DNA of 64,000 bases from Phaeosaccion multiseriatum (lineage: Eukaryota; Protista; Ochrophyta, other classes): the NCBI GenBank assembly GCA_965112735.1, contig OZ218957.1, positions 1,736,001 through 1,800,000 of the forward strand, written 5' to 3'. Made by a program: the position numbers and the translations under genes. Of this stretch, positions 26,499-53,248 are shown in pieces. Below the pieces are notes generated by a model. That model was not told the origin of the DNA. It saw only the letters and a program-made list of their open reading frames with translations, and ran no database searches. Position 1 is the first letter of the stretch. Each line of letters opens with the position of its first letter.

Positions 26499-29400
26499 CA
26501 CACCCCATCTTTTTTTCTGCTTAAGACAGGGCCACCATGGAAGGGGACGACAGGGGGGCCACGCGGCCCCCCGGAGCCCAGGAGACACCAGCAAACCTCA
26601 CAGCAACCCAGCAGGAGCCACCTATGAGCCGCGATCAGCAGCGGCTCGAAAGAAGGGAGAGACGGGCAGCGGCAGCAGCAATTCGCCAAACACCAGCACG
26701 GGAAGGCGTGCCCACCCCCATCACGGCTCCACCAGCGGCCGCAGCACCCCGCAACACCCTCCCGCAGGACCCACAGCTCCCACCAGCACTCACGGAACCC
26801 ACAGCAACAGCAGCGGAAGCCCACCCCCAGCAGCAGCAACCACAACCGATCTCAACGACACGGCAACAAACAGCACCAGCCGCCAGGAGATCTACCACGC
26901 CCGCCAGCGAGACAACAGGCCCTACAACAGCACCACCCCCCACAGCGACCAGCCCAGCACCCATGCAGCCAACCACGAGGCCAAGGGGACGAAGCAGGAC
27001 CCCCCGAGCACGCAGCCCGGAAAGGCCAACCGCCACTTTCCGAGCCTCAGATCCAGCCCAAACCACCAACGCGTCAACTCACAGAAACGCACACGGGATC
27101 ACAGAGCAAATCGTCTCCATCCTCCAAGACGAATACGAAGACACCCACCTCACAGCCACGACCCCCATACGGCAACACCCGAACCTCTTCTTCAACGAAC
27201 AAGCGCCAGCATCCGCCAGCCGACGCATCAGCGCTGAGTTCGCAAGCCTAAACCTCACCGCGACGGAACTGACCCACCACAACACGGCCGAGGCCATCGC
27301 CGACCTCGTACGACCACCCCCCACGACGCACGAGGAAGAGACAGCATCACTCGAAACAGACACGCATGGACACGCACCAACGACATGGAGCAACACCATA
27401 CGCCACCAGCGCGACGCGGCGCTCCCGCCTACCAACTCGCACTTCTATATGCCCCTCCTCAGACAAGCTCTAAGGAGCGGAGGCCCCCCCACCACCCCCG
27501 GAAGACCACATGGGGGAGGAGATTACCCCCTTGGATGGCAACAGATCGTAGAGGCCTATGCCCACACGCTCGCAGGCCAAGAGATCACCTCCAACGAGTT
27601 GGTCAACGACTACATCACCGCCTCACGACAGGAGGAACTCATCGCGGTATTACCCGACGTCCAAGCCATCGTTGAGCGCTACGGCCACGCCCTACGCGAC
27701 CACACCAACAACACCACCACCTCCCCCTTCGCCAACACCATGGCCACACCGTGGTGGGCGCCGGGGCAAGCCCTCGCCTTACGCACGAGGCAGGCCCCCC
27801 GGGGAACCGCACCAGGACCGCCAACACCCCCACCCACAGTGACACAACCACGCCACAGACGGACGACACCCACAACAACACCACAGCGTACCGCAGGAAC
27901 ATTGACAACAACTACATCGCCACGGGAGTCCTCTGCAACTTCGAACAGTGCAATGACACCTTCGTCACGGTCGGCAGGTCCAGAGACCGCCTCAACAGGC
28001 ACCAGTTGAGCCACCACCCCAACCGCGGCCGAGAGTGGGAACGATGGATGCGCGAACACCACCCCCAGGCCGCGTCAATCCTGTGGTACCGCGCCAACGG
28101 CCCACAGAGCGGACCACAGAACAGAACGTATCAGCTACGTGACTGTATACGTGGATGCGGCAACCTGGCCCACAGAAACTCCGGCAGATCCCTCCTCAGA
28201 AGCTTCCCGCAAGCAGGCCTACGGCAGCCCATATGCCACACATGCATACGAGCATACGAAGCAGCACACCTCCCGGCATCGTCAACCATCCCACCACGAG
28301 CTCGCAGCATGCCCCCACCGACAAGAGCAGGTGGGACAGACACTACACGGGAGCACGACCCGGAGGGAGAAGGGAGAGGAGAGCGAGCGGGACACAGGGG
28401 AGGGGGACGAGGAGACCGCGACGGAAGAGTAGTAGCAGGGGGGGAGAGGGCGAAAACAGCAGAGGCGGAGGAGAGCGCCCAGCACTGGCACGGGAAGCAG
28501 CGGCAGAAGGAGGGGAAGGGCAAGCAGAGGGAGGAGGTGACGAAGCAGAAGGAGGAGGCGACCCCACCAACAACGAGGAGCTACCCAACTGCCCGGTGTG
28601 TATGGAACCGCTCACTGGCCAAGCACAAGTCGCCATGCACGAAGACGAACATCACGTGCACAACCACTGCGCATTGGGAGTCATGAGCACGTACCCCAAC
28701 CGCAACGACCACCTCTGCCCCTACTGCCGCAACCCCTGCTACCGGCACACGATCGAGCAGGCCATCACAGCACAAGGAGGGAGAGCTATGGGCCGCGCAA
28801 GGGATCGCCTAGCGAGGGAGCGCAGAGAGTCGCATCAGCAGCACGCGCAGGCCAGCCAAGGACGGCGCCGCCAGTCCCAGCCACCCCCCACCACCCGACA
28901 CACACCCCCACCCCAACCTACCGCCCCCCCAGCCCCGATATGCTGCATATGCATGTCTGACGCGGACCCCCTTTCATCGCACCAACCACGGAGTGGCCAG
29001 TACGCACCCGACGCTGCCAACACACCGTTCACCCCGCGTGCCTCCTTCACCACCTGAACGACCAAGCCACACTGAGGAGAGCCAACCAGCAGCCCGTCAT
29101 ACCACCAGGCAACCTCCCCTGCCCCGCGCAAGGCTGCATGGCTGGCTACCAAGCTCAACGAGCCATCCCCGCCCTCAGGACCATCCTCACCCAAGGCAAC
29201 GCAGCATCGGCCTACCAAGGCCCCCTCAACGACCTCGAGAACGCCTATCTAGGCCCAGACCCAAACGAGGACCCGTCGCGTACGGCAACGCCCCAGCACA
29301 CGACAGCAACGGCCAGGCTCAACCCGTACCAACCCACCACCCCCACGGGCAGAGGAGGAGGGCGAGGGCACGCGGAAGGAGGAGGAGGAGGAGGAGGAGC

Positions 29401-32400
29401 AATCGCAGCAGCGCCAAGTGGAGTAGAAGGACGAAGAGGAGGACGAGGGAGGGGGAAGGAAACGGACAAGGAGCAGCAGCAGAGAGGGGACCTCAGAGAG
29501 AAAGGGCAGGGGGAGATAGCACACGCACGCAAGGAACCACAGCAGCAGCAGCGAGACGAGGGGGAGGAGGACGGAGCAGAGGCCAAGGAGGTAGCGGCGG
29601 GGACGGAGGGGACGGAGAAGGGCCAGCCAACGACGATACACCCGAGGAAGGATGGCCCATGCAGCACCCAAACGTCCTCCGCCTAGGGGCCCTGGACCCG
29701 CAGGGTACCATCCTCTCAACACTCGTGTTTGAGACAGTAGCGCAGTGCAACCCCCGCCACGTAAGCTTGATTATCAGCTTACAGCAAAGAGCGCTCAACA
29801 ACTGGAACAGGGCGCTGAGGGCCCACAAGAACGGACCCACCGACGCCACCCTCCACACCCTTCTGGCATGGGATGTCTTCCACCACCTCCTCCCTGCCAT
29901 GCTCTTCTCTAAAGACGGAGCCTACAGCCGCCAGCAGCGGATACAGATGGTCCTCGACCTCGACATCGCCCCACTCGCACAAGCAGCGATAGCCACAGCA
30001 CACGCACGCCGCCCACCACCCCCAGCACAGGCACAGACAGAGGAGCGACGGAGAGAAACCTGCGCCCACCTGCTCACCAAACCCGGAGGCCTGCACAAGG
30101 CCGCGGCGAGGCTCAGCACAAAGAGCAGAGACGGCCACCTCCCTCCCACACACGAGACCTTTCGACGCCTCCAGCAAGCGCACGTCGACGAGAGCCTCGA
30201 AGAGATCAACACAGCAGCAACAGCAGCCAGGGAGTACGCCAGAACCCAGGTGCAGGAGCACCCCGAGAATGGCAACGACGTCACCAGAGAGGAGATCAGC
30301 ACAGCCATGCTGCTGACCTACCGGAGGGTCAACTACTGGAAGGGCCAAGGAGCAGACGGGCGCAGGGCGAGCCACGTCAAGTACCCCCGGACAGCCCCCA
30401 GGAGTACGCAATCGTGGAGGCTCTGACTGACACCTACGAGCTGCTCCGAACGGGGGACACTCCACTGCCTCCACAGCTCGCCAAACGGTGGTTCAGCACC
30501 AGCGCCGCAGCCCTCGGCGAGAAAGCGCGTCCTGTGACATCCCCCAACCTCTACCGCAGCCTCGTGGAGAGCTGTCACATGAAGCTCATCGCGGACAGGG
30601 TGGGCCCAGAGCTCAGAAGCGCAGGACAGCTAGCGGTAGCGGTCAGAGGCGGAGGGGAAACACACGCCGCAGCAGCCCAGCTAGCGCACGATGCCGGCAA
30701 AACCGTCGTGCTGCATGACATCACCAAGGCCTACACCCGCGTGTCGCGTGCCAGAGGCGTCCTAGCCTCAGGCGCACTCCCTACCATCGACCCAGCAGGC
30801 ATCAACTACGCCATCGCCAGCCTCTCCCACGCCTCCGCCCACAACGCCCTCACACCAGACGGCACCCAGACCATCCACCAGAGCTCCGGAGTCAACCAAG
30901 GAGCACCAGAAGGGCCTCTCATGTTCGCAGCCGCCATCCACCCAGTGCTGAAAGTTCAGAACACAGCCGACACCGCAGCGAACCGCCCCACCATCTCCGC
31001 CTACGCAGACGACCTCATGGACCAGCTGGAACCCGACGCACCCCTAGAGACCTACGCCCCACGCCATGCCCATCTCCAAGCCCAATTCCGAGGCTTGGGC
31101 CTCGAGTTCAACGAGAGGAAAACGGTTTACCTCATGGGCAAAGGCAAGCAGCCAACACAGGCTGACAGGGACCACGCCCAACGGCAGGGCGCCACACTTG
31201 CCACCGAGGGTACCGTGGTAGCCGGCATCCCCGTCGGCACGGAGGAGTACATCGAAGAGTACCTCCGCAACATCCTCGGCCAAGAAGACCCCAGGGGCTA
31301 CCTCCAACTCGCCAAACACTGCAGCGAGTGGGACAACACCCAGGCGGCCACCCTCGTCCTCCTCCAATGCCTCCCAGCCAGGCTCACACACCTGGCGAGA
31401 GCCATTGACCCCTCCATCTTCCGACGCGCCCTCGGCAGCAGGGCAGACCGCACCAACAGGGCGACACTGGCCCACATCATGCGCCTCCCCGATGCCCCCC
31501 TCTGGAGCAGGCCGCAGATGCACAAGAGGAGCCATGGACGGAGACACAGCGCCTACAAATGCATACGGCACGGCGCTTCGGCGGCCTCGGCCTCACCAGC
31601 CTCCACGACATCGCCCCAGCAGCATACCTTGGCAACAAGATGCTCACCCTCCCCCCCCTGCTCAGCCGCACCGCACGCCGGGACGGCTCCCAAGAGAGCG
31701 CCCTACCGGACCAGCTGTTCACCAACGGAGCCCTCAAGAGCGTCGCCGACAGCGTCAACCTCCTGCACGAGGAGGGGGTCCCTGAGGCCCCCCTCATCCA
31801 AGCAGTGGGTCAGGCACAGTTCGACGAGGCCCGCTCACGCGTACTCGAGCCGCCTGACCACCAAGCCCAAGACACAGCGCGACGCAACGTGCGCAGGAGC
31901 CATCAGGCAGGCCGTCAACCGACCCACGGCGTCCAGAAGGCCCTCACCACCTTCATCCACAAACGCCGCCATGAGGAGCTGACGCAGAGCATCGCCACCA
32001 TCGACGTCACACCGGCAGAGGCACAGAGGGGAGAGGAGACACAGGAAATTGCAACAGCCCGACTCCACTCACAGCGAGGAAGGGGCGCCATGGCCTTCCT
32101 CGGAGCGCTCCCCCACGGCCACAACACCATGGCCCCCGCAGAATGGACCATGGCCCTTCGTCGCAACCTCGGTGTCAACACGCCATACGCGGACCCGCCC
32201 CCACCCTGCCTTGGCACAGGCTGCGCCCGCACGGCAAGCACCACCCACGCCACCATCTGCCCCCGCACCGGCCTCCACAACCACACGCACCACCTCCTCG
32301 TCAAGGCCTTCGGGAGGATGATGCACAGCGTGGGCATTGGAGGAGCACGTGTAGAGGACCAGACCTGCTTCGACGGCCCCACGGGCACCCGAGCAGGACG

Positions 32401-33226
32401 AGACCTACGCATGGACCTGACCTATCCCGCAGGTAGCTTCCCGGGAGCGGACGCACCCCTGCGGAGAAACCTCCTCTGCGACATCACCGTCACCAACCCC
32501 ACCGCCCCCACCCACGTGGGACGGGCCTCCACCACGCCAGGCCACGCAGCAGCCGCCGCCGAAGAACGCAAGCGCACACACTACCTGGGCAGTTTTCTGC
32601 CCGGGACTTCAACCCTGAAGTGCATTGCAATTGAGACGTACGGCAGACTGGGCCACCAAACGGACGAGCTCATCGAGGCGATGGCCATCCACAAGGCATC
32701 AAGAGGGCTCGGCCCCGCAGCGGCGGCAGCCACGGGCCCCATCAAGGGCCTCCTGCGCCAACAACTGTCCCTCGCCCTTCAACGCGCCCTCTCACAGCGG
32801 GAGATCAGGTATGGCACCCTCCTTCGAGCCACGATGACGCAGCACGAAGCAGCAGAAACCCTCGACTGGGGGCTCATGGGAGCCATCGACGGAGCGGCCG
32901 CCTGAGGAGCAGGAGTACACCAGCCAGCAGACAGCGAGACCATCAGCACACAGCATAGCAACCACAGTTAGTCACGCCTTGTCACCCGCACCACCCACAG
33001 CAGGATAGTTCACCTATCACCTCCACCACCTCACTCCTTCCCACACCCCTTCATCTCCTCCTCCCCCCTTCACTCCCTTCCCATTCCCCATTATCCTCTA
33101 CTCTACCACCCTTACCATCCTCTTCTCCTCCACATCACGCTCCATCAATACCACACATACACACATCTACACATGGTTACAACTTACCTCGAGCGCTCCA
33201 ATACTGAGCCCATAAGCTCTAATATA
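26499..33226 (+). mobile_element. CRE-clade non-LTR retrotransposon, copy C (full length 6728 bp) with 12-bp TSD
   Basis: Flanked by CTTCTCACACCC at 26487-26498 and 33227-33238; 38-nt 5' UTR, ATG at 26537, stop at 32905, ~320-nt 3' UTR ending CTCTAATATA with no poly(A). Confidence 0.95.
26537..32905 (+). CDS. Copy C polyprotein (~2100 aa reconstructed: zinc fingers/RINGs-RT-CCHC-RLE), broken by several 1-nt indels in homopolymers
   Basis: ORF fragments 26537..28009, 27751..28686, 28155..29057, 29138..29686, 28993..30426, 30414..31982 and 31559..32905 tile the same protein as copy B. Breaks fall in or next to C/G runs (~27830, ~28440, ~28970, ~29452, ~30386, ~31497). Confidence 0.85.
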
Positions 33227-33448
33227 CTTCTCACACCCTTCCACAGTACACGTCTTTCTCACAGCTCCATGCCTAGTGCACAATCCTCCTTGGACCCGCT
33301 GATTCTCACACCCCTCCACATTACACCTCTTCCGCATTCTCGCAGCTCCGTGGCTACTGCACAATCCTCCCTGCTGCGAATGCTTCTCACACCCCTCCCC
33401 AGTCCACGATTTTTGGATCCCGGCTGCGAGGCAGGGGGTCTTCTCCTC
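33227..33448 (-). CDS. 5' zinc-finger exon of paralogue R, upstream of the insertion
   Basis: KSWTGEGCEKHSQQGGLCSSHG-AARMRKR-CNVEGCENQRVQGGLCTRHG-AVRKT-CTVEGCEK. Removing the element and one TSD restores CTVEGCEKLSQQGGLCIRHG. True start not identified. Confidence 0.8.
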
Positions 33449-33794
33449 TGAAAGTTCTTCAACAGATCAACGGGATAAGATATCAGGGTATGATGATAGG
33501 AACCTCAGCTCTGAGTGGCTCCTCCCTCACGTTCTTTCCCGCGGATCGCTGTGGAGAGATTGTCTTCTACTTCCCCCCCCGAGCCTTCAAAACAAAACAA
33601 ATTCGCCTCAGGAGATGAGGGTCTCACGCCCATCCACCGCACACCAGTCTTGAGTGGCTCTTCCCTCTCGTCTCCTCCCGCAAGTTGCTGAAAGACAAGT
33701 CCTTGCGCAGAGTATTGCGTGTGAAAGGGGAAAGTGTGAAAGGAGAGAAAAAGGGGGGGGTGGGGGGCGTCTGGTGCCATCTGTGCTGGCCAAA

Positions 33795-34985
33795 AAGAAT
33801 CGCCCAAATCGCCCGATTTCCCCCCCAATTTTATTTTTGCACATGCTCAGGAAAAGGACGCTGGGAGAAGCGCTATAGCTCTTCGTGTAGCTCTTTGAGA
33901 TCCCCACCGATCCATGGTCTTTCGGCTTTCATCGCCTCTTCCCTTCCGTAGTTGTCAGCGTTTCCGCAGCAGCACCCCCTTCCCGTGGGGGGGAGAAGGG
34001 GGATGTGCACGCCACGGAAATCGCTCATGGGCAGCTTGCCCGCCCTTCTGCAAGAGAACAGGCGCAGGGCTACGGCGGCTAGCCACAGTGGAGCAGCAGC
34101 AGGACCCTTGGCAAGCCTGGTGCGATTTCCGTGGCGTGCACATCCCCCTTCTCCCCCCCCCCCGGAAGGGCGTGCTGCTGCGGAAATGCTGACAACTACG
34201 GAAGGGAAGAGGCGATGAAAGCCGAACGACCATGGATCGGTGGGGATCTCAAAGAGCTACACGAAGAGCTATAGCGCTTCTCCCAGCGTCCTTTTCCTGC
34301 GTTTGCGCAAAAAACGTTTTGGTCGCGATTTGGGCGATTCTTACGCAAATCGAGTGTTAAAATTATAACTGATTATTACTGAAAAGAACAAAAAAAAAAA
34401 ATGAAAAATACTGTGATTTCGCGGTTGAGTGGCACTTTTGACGCCCCGTGAATTTTTTTTGACGCCAAATGACGATTACTTTGACGACGTTTGACGACTT
34501 TTGAACCCCTTTTTTCCCCACTTTCAAGCCCTATTTGACGCCTATTCGTGATTTGTTTTCCGTGATTTTTTTTAGACGAAGTTAAGGCGAATTAAGATAA
34601 AAGGGCGTCAAAGGGCGTCAAAGTGCGTCAAACAGGGCTTTAAAGTGGGTAAAAAAGGGGTTCAAAAGTCGTCAAACGTCGTCAAAGTAATCGTCATTTG
34701 GCGTCAAAAAAAAATTCACGGGGCGTCAAAAGTGCCACTCAACCGCGAAATCACAGCATTTTTCATTTTTTTTTTTGTTCTTTTCAATAATAATCAGTTG
34801 TAATTTTAACACTCGATTTGCGTAAGAATCGCCCAAATCACCTCCAATTTTTTGGACGAACTCCGGAAAATGTCGCTTAAAAATTCTTTTCTCTTTGAGA
34901 TGCCTACCGACACATAGTTTTCTCTCGTCTTTCGACACTTCCTTCCTTCCCTACTTGTCAGCATTTCCGCAGGAGCACTCCCCCT
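33795..34985. repeat. Compound inverted-repeat (foldback) structure
   Basis: Arm A 33795-34024 vs inverted 34122-34342; arm B 34327-34540 vs inverted 34625-34839; degenerate third copy of A at 34824-34985. Confidence 0.9.
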
Positions 34986-36024
34986 TGCCTGGAAGACCAG
35001 CCACCCCGACGTGGTGATGGTGACGGGCCAACCAATAGACAACCAACAAATAGACTAGCTTCCCTTCACCACTGCTTCATCAAAGGAGCAGCTGCAATAC
35101 CATCACCGAACCCTCTTCTCTCTCCGGGAGCGACACTGGCAGCGAAATGCCTACGCTCGTGCCATCCCACCTCCCTGTGGGCCAATGCAACTGTGGCAGT
35201 TGGTGATTCAGCGGCAGGCTTCATGCTTCCATACATACATACATACAGTCCCTACATATATGATGTCCTTCTGTTACACAGCTCAGGCGCGCAACAGAAG
35301 GGGGGGGGAGTCAACAAGAGGAAAGGTGGTCTGCCGGCGGCTGCTTTGGCTCCTCCCTCGCTGTACACCAGCGGGAGGGGGTCAGGGTAGATAGAGCAGT
35401 CTTCCTCTCCTTGCCTGTGCCCTCCGTCTCTGTTTGTTCAGCGAGAGAGGAGCCATCGTACCGGCAACCCACCTTCCTCTCCCTGTGCCCTCCGTCTCTG
35501 TCTCTCAAGCAAGTGTCTCAGCTGTGCATATGCTCTACCAAGTTGCTGCCAGCTGTGAATGCTGTACCAAGTTGTTGCCCCCCCGCTGTCGTCGTGCCAG
35601 CGCTGCCTTGTCTGTCTATCTATCCAGTAATCGAGGCAGGCAGGTCCACCGCTCAAGGGCACGTACGCACTGCCCTCTCCTCTGTTCAAGCTCTGACGCT
35701 CTGTAGATCTGCTGAAGATGAAAGCTCCCTCCCTCCCTCCCTCCCTCCCTCCCGTGGGTAGTTCGCTACATTTCCCCTCTAATCCTTGCGCTAAACCCTG
35801 TGCAGTGTGTACACAGTGAATGGGATAAAAAGGTCCTCGGTCTTCTCTGCGGCGCTGCGGCGCTGACGGTTGGGGAGGCCACACGCAATCGATGCCAAAG
35901 CGTTGCTGCGCTCTCCTCGTTTCTCAACGGTTCCGGCTCCCCTTGTTCCGCGGCTTGCTCCTCAGGATGAGACGAGAAGAACGAAAAAAGACAAAACATG
36001 CTTGGGGAAGAAATCAATCGCCCT

Positions 36025-36713
36025 TTAGCACACTCGTCCCTCCCTCCGCCCCCGCCCCTGGAAGGGGGACTGTCGCCTTGAGTAGGTTGATGGCGGGAAA
36101 GCCCACCACCAGCGTCTGCAGGGTCCACAATCGGGCCTTGGACAGAGGGAGGCCCCTCTTAAGGGCGATGCCGTAGGCCACCACCGCTTCGACTGAGGCA
36201 GGAGAGGGACAAGGAGGAGTATGACAAGAGGGTGAGGATGAGGATGAGTACGGAGAGAGGGGCTAGTGTGTGTGCACCTGAAGCATCGAAGCTGCCCCCC
36301 CCCCAGCCCGTTTCGCCCGCCGACTTACCAACGTGCGTGATGTGCGCGAGCCAGCAAGCGATCTTCAGGCCAGTTAGACTGCGTGACCGTGAAAGGGGTG
36401 AGAAGGTTACAAGCAAACCGGTGAGGGAGAGAGAGACAGAGAGAGAGAGAGAGAGAACATAGAACACAAAGGAGTGTTTCCATGTAACCACTTCTTACCT
36501 TTGGAAGAGAAGAATACCAACACCTTGCAGCGGCTCGACGACTGGCTCCCACAGAGAAGCTGGGCAAAATGTTTCGGGGTAGGCGGTGACAGTGATGGCC
36601 ACCATCCCCACGACGAGAAGCAACCACCGACATGAGACCAGGCGGAACATGTCTTCAGGCTTCAGTGCGGGTGGGGCTACAGTTTCCTTGGGCTGCGACG
36701 CTTGCGAACCCAT
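36025..36713 (-). CDS. TMEM254 / DUF4499-like small membrane protein, 3 exons
   Basis: Exons MGSQASQ..WLLLVVGMVAITVTAYP..LLFQ, GLKIACWLAHITHV and VEAVVAYGIALKRGLPLSKARLWTLQTLVVGFPAINLL match the H-x2-E-A..A......G......W..QT...G pattern; GTAAG donors at ~36497 and ~36328. Confidence 0.7.
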
Positions 36714-36941
36714 GGTGGACGAAGCAGGAATGAGCCCCCCGAGGAGAAGGAAGAGGGGATAGAAGAGGAGGTAAGCAGAGGAGGGCAAAGAGATGCCCCT
36801 TCACAAAGAAGGGACCTCAAGAAGGAGTAGGGGATGTTGAAGCAGGTGCCGCCCTTGAAGCAGACAAAAGAAGAGAAGGGAGAAGGGAGAATGGAGGGAA
36901 ATTGGAGGGGGAAAAGTAAAGGTCTGAGCAACTGAAACTGT

Positions 36942-37156
<215 letters not shown>

Positions 37157-37160
37157 ATTG

Positions 37161-37271
37161 TCGGCCCCTGACATGCTTCTGAGGCGACCTTGCTTCCTGC
37201 TTCTGGCCGGCGCCAGAGGGCCTGCTTCCTGCTTCTGGGCTGGCCTCTCTCAGAAGCATGTCAGGGGCCGA
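37161..37271. mobile_element. 111-bp MITE-like element with perfect 23-bp terminal inverted repeats
   Basis: TCGGCCCCTGACATGCTTCTGAG (37161-37183) and its reverse complement (37249-37271); internal direct repeat TGCTTCCTGCTTCTGG x2; embedded in a (GT)n tract. Confidence 0.65.
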
Positions 37272-37951
37272 GTGTGTGTGTGTGTGCGTGGATTTGGACA
37301 GCACATATGGCACTAAACACCAGAAAGGGTGCGCACCTTCTCTCTCCTCCAATCCTACGACTCTCTTTTCTCCTTTGGCCTGACGCTCAGCTCAGTATGC
37401 ACCCTCTGGTTGCATACAACTGTATCTCTGTATCTGCTGTGTGGCGTAATGGTATCGACCTTCAGCTTAAGTGTCGGTGGTCGGAGCTTACGATTGATGC
37501 CTGATGAAAGACCACTTTCCTTCTACACACGAGAAGCAACATCCCCCCCCCCCCGGCCTTGCCTTAGATTCCCTCTGAGGTATGCATGTGGACGAGTGGC
37601 ATCACTCCCCTGAGAAGGTCTTTTTATTTATGATTGAAAAAAAAATTCAAGCAAGAGGCTGACACAAGTTTGAAGTGGGCCTTCGCCTGCATGACTGCAT
37701 CGCTTGCGTCCGTTGCCATCCGTCCATCCATTGCCATCCTTCCTCACCACTTTGAATGAGACCCATGCATTCATGTGAAGGCTGAGATGCTTTGCAAGCT
37801 GGGTGGGTGGGTGGAGGGAGGGGCCCGCACTCTCTTCTGTCCTCCCCCCCCCCCCCCCCCCCCCGACTGCTGCTATACTCCCAACTCCTTCTGTTCCTGT
37901 ATCACCAACTGCTGTGGAACCACTAACTCCTGCTTGCTGCTTCTGCCGCTC

Positions 37952-52586
<14,635 letters not shown>

Positions 52587-53248
52587 GCTTCTATTATCTT
52601 GCCGCTCTCCGTTTCTCGTCTTCCTCCTTTCTCTCTCTCTGCTGCTGCTGCGCCTGCGGTTCCAGCTCCTTCTGCTGCCTACTCGTGCGGCTCAGTCACC
52701 AAAATGAAGGAGCCTACCCTGTCTTGCAAACCTCAGCCCCACTCGCAAACCCCCATTTCCCTCTCTCCCACAACCCGCTCGGCTCGTGCAGAAGGCCTCT
52801 AGACCTTGTAACGTCGGCCCCCCGGGGGATTCACAATTGGTTCTAAACTTCACCTCTCCTTGATGACAATTCGCATTCGGGGTCAGAAAATTATCCCTCT
52901 CTATCCGCATGACCTTCTCATCACCTTGAGTCCTAGGCGAGGCCTTGTATACCCGTGATCCAGTCGTGGGGATTTAAAAGGAAGAGAGGAAGGCAGCGCT
53001 GAGGCCTATACAGCGAGCGCTTCGGGTTGACAGGGCGAAGGGGCCGGCGTTAGCCAGGGGCTTAGCCAGGGCTGCGAGATAAGAGTCCCTCAAGGCTTGC
53101 ACACATTCCCTGTACTTTGTTCCTCCTCTTCGGCCTGATGGCGATAGATTCGGGTGCCAAGTCGTGGGGAAAAGTCGTCAGCGAGGGAGGGCCCAGAGCT
53201 CCTTAAGGGATGCGTTAAGTGGAGATAGGCGACAAAGAGCTTCCGGCC
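52587..53248. promoter_or_regulatory. Probable bidirectional promoter region
   Basis: ~660 bp of microsatellite-free DNA between divergent ATGs at 52586 (-) and 53249 (+); positional inference only. Confidence 0.4.

Noticed and set aside
34436-34730. TTGACG motifs as plant W-boxes bound by a WRKY domain
   Set aside because: The W-box is TTGAC(C/T), and the neighbouring proteins have only WRKY19-like finger repeats with no WRKYGQK domain.
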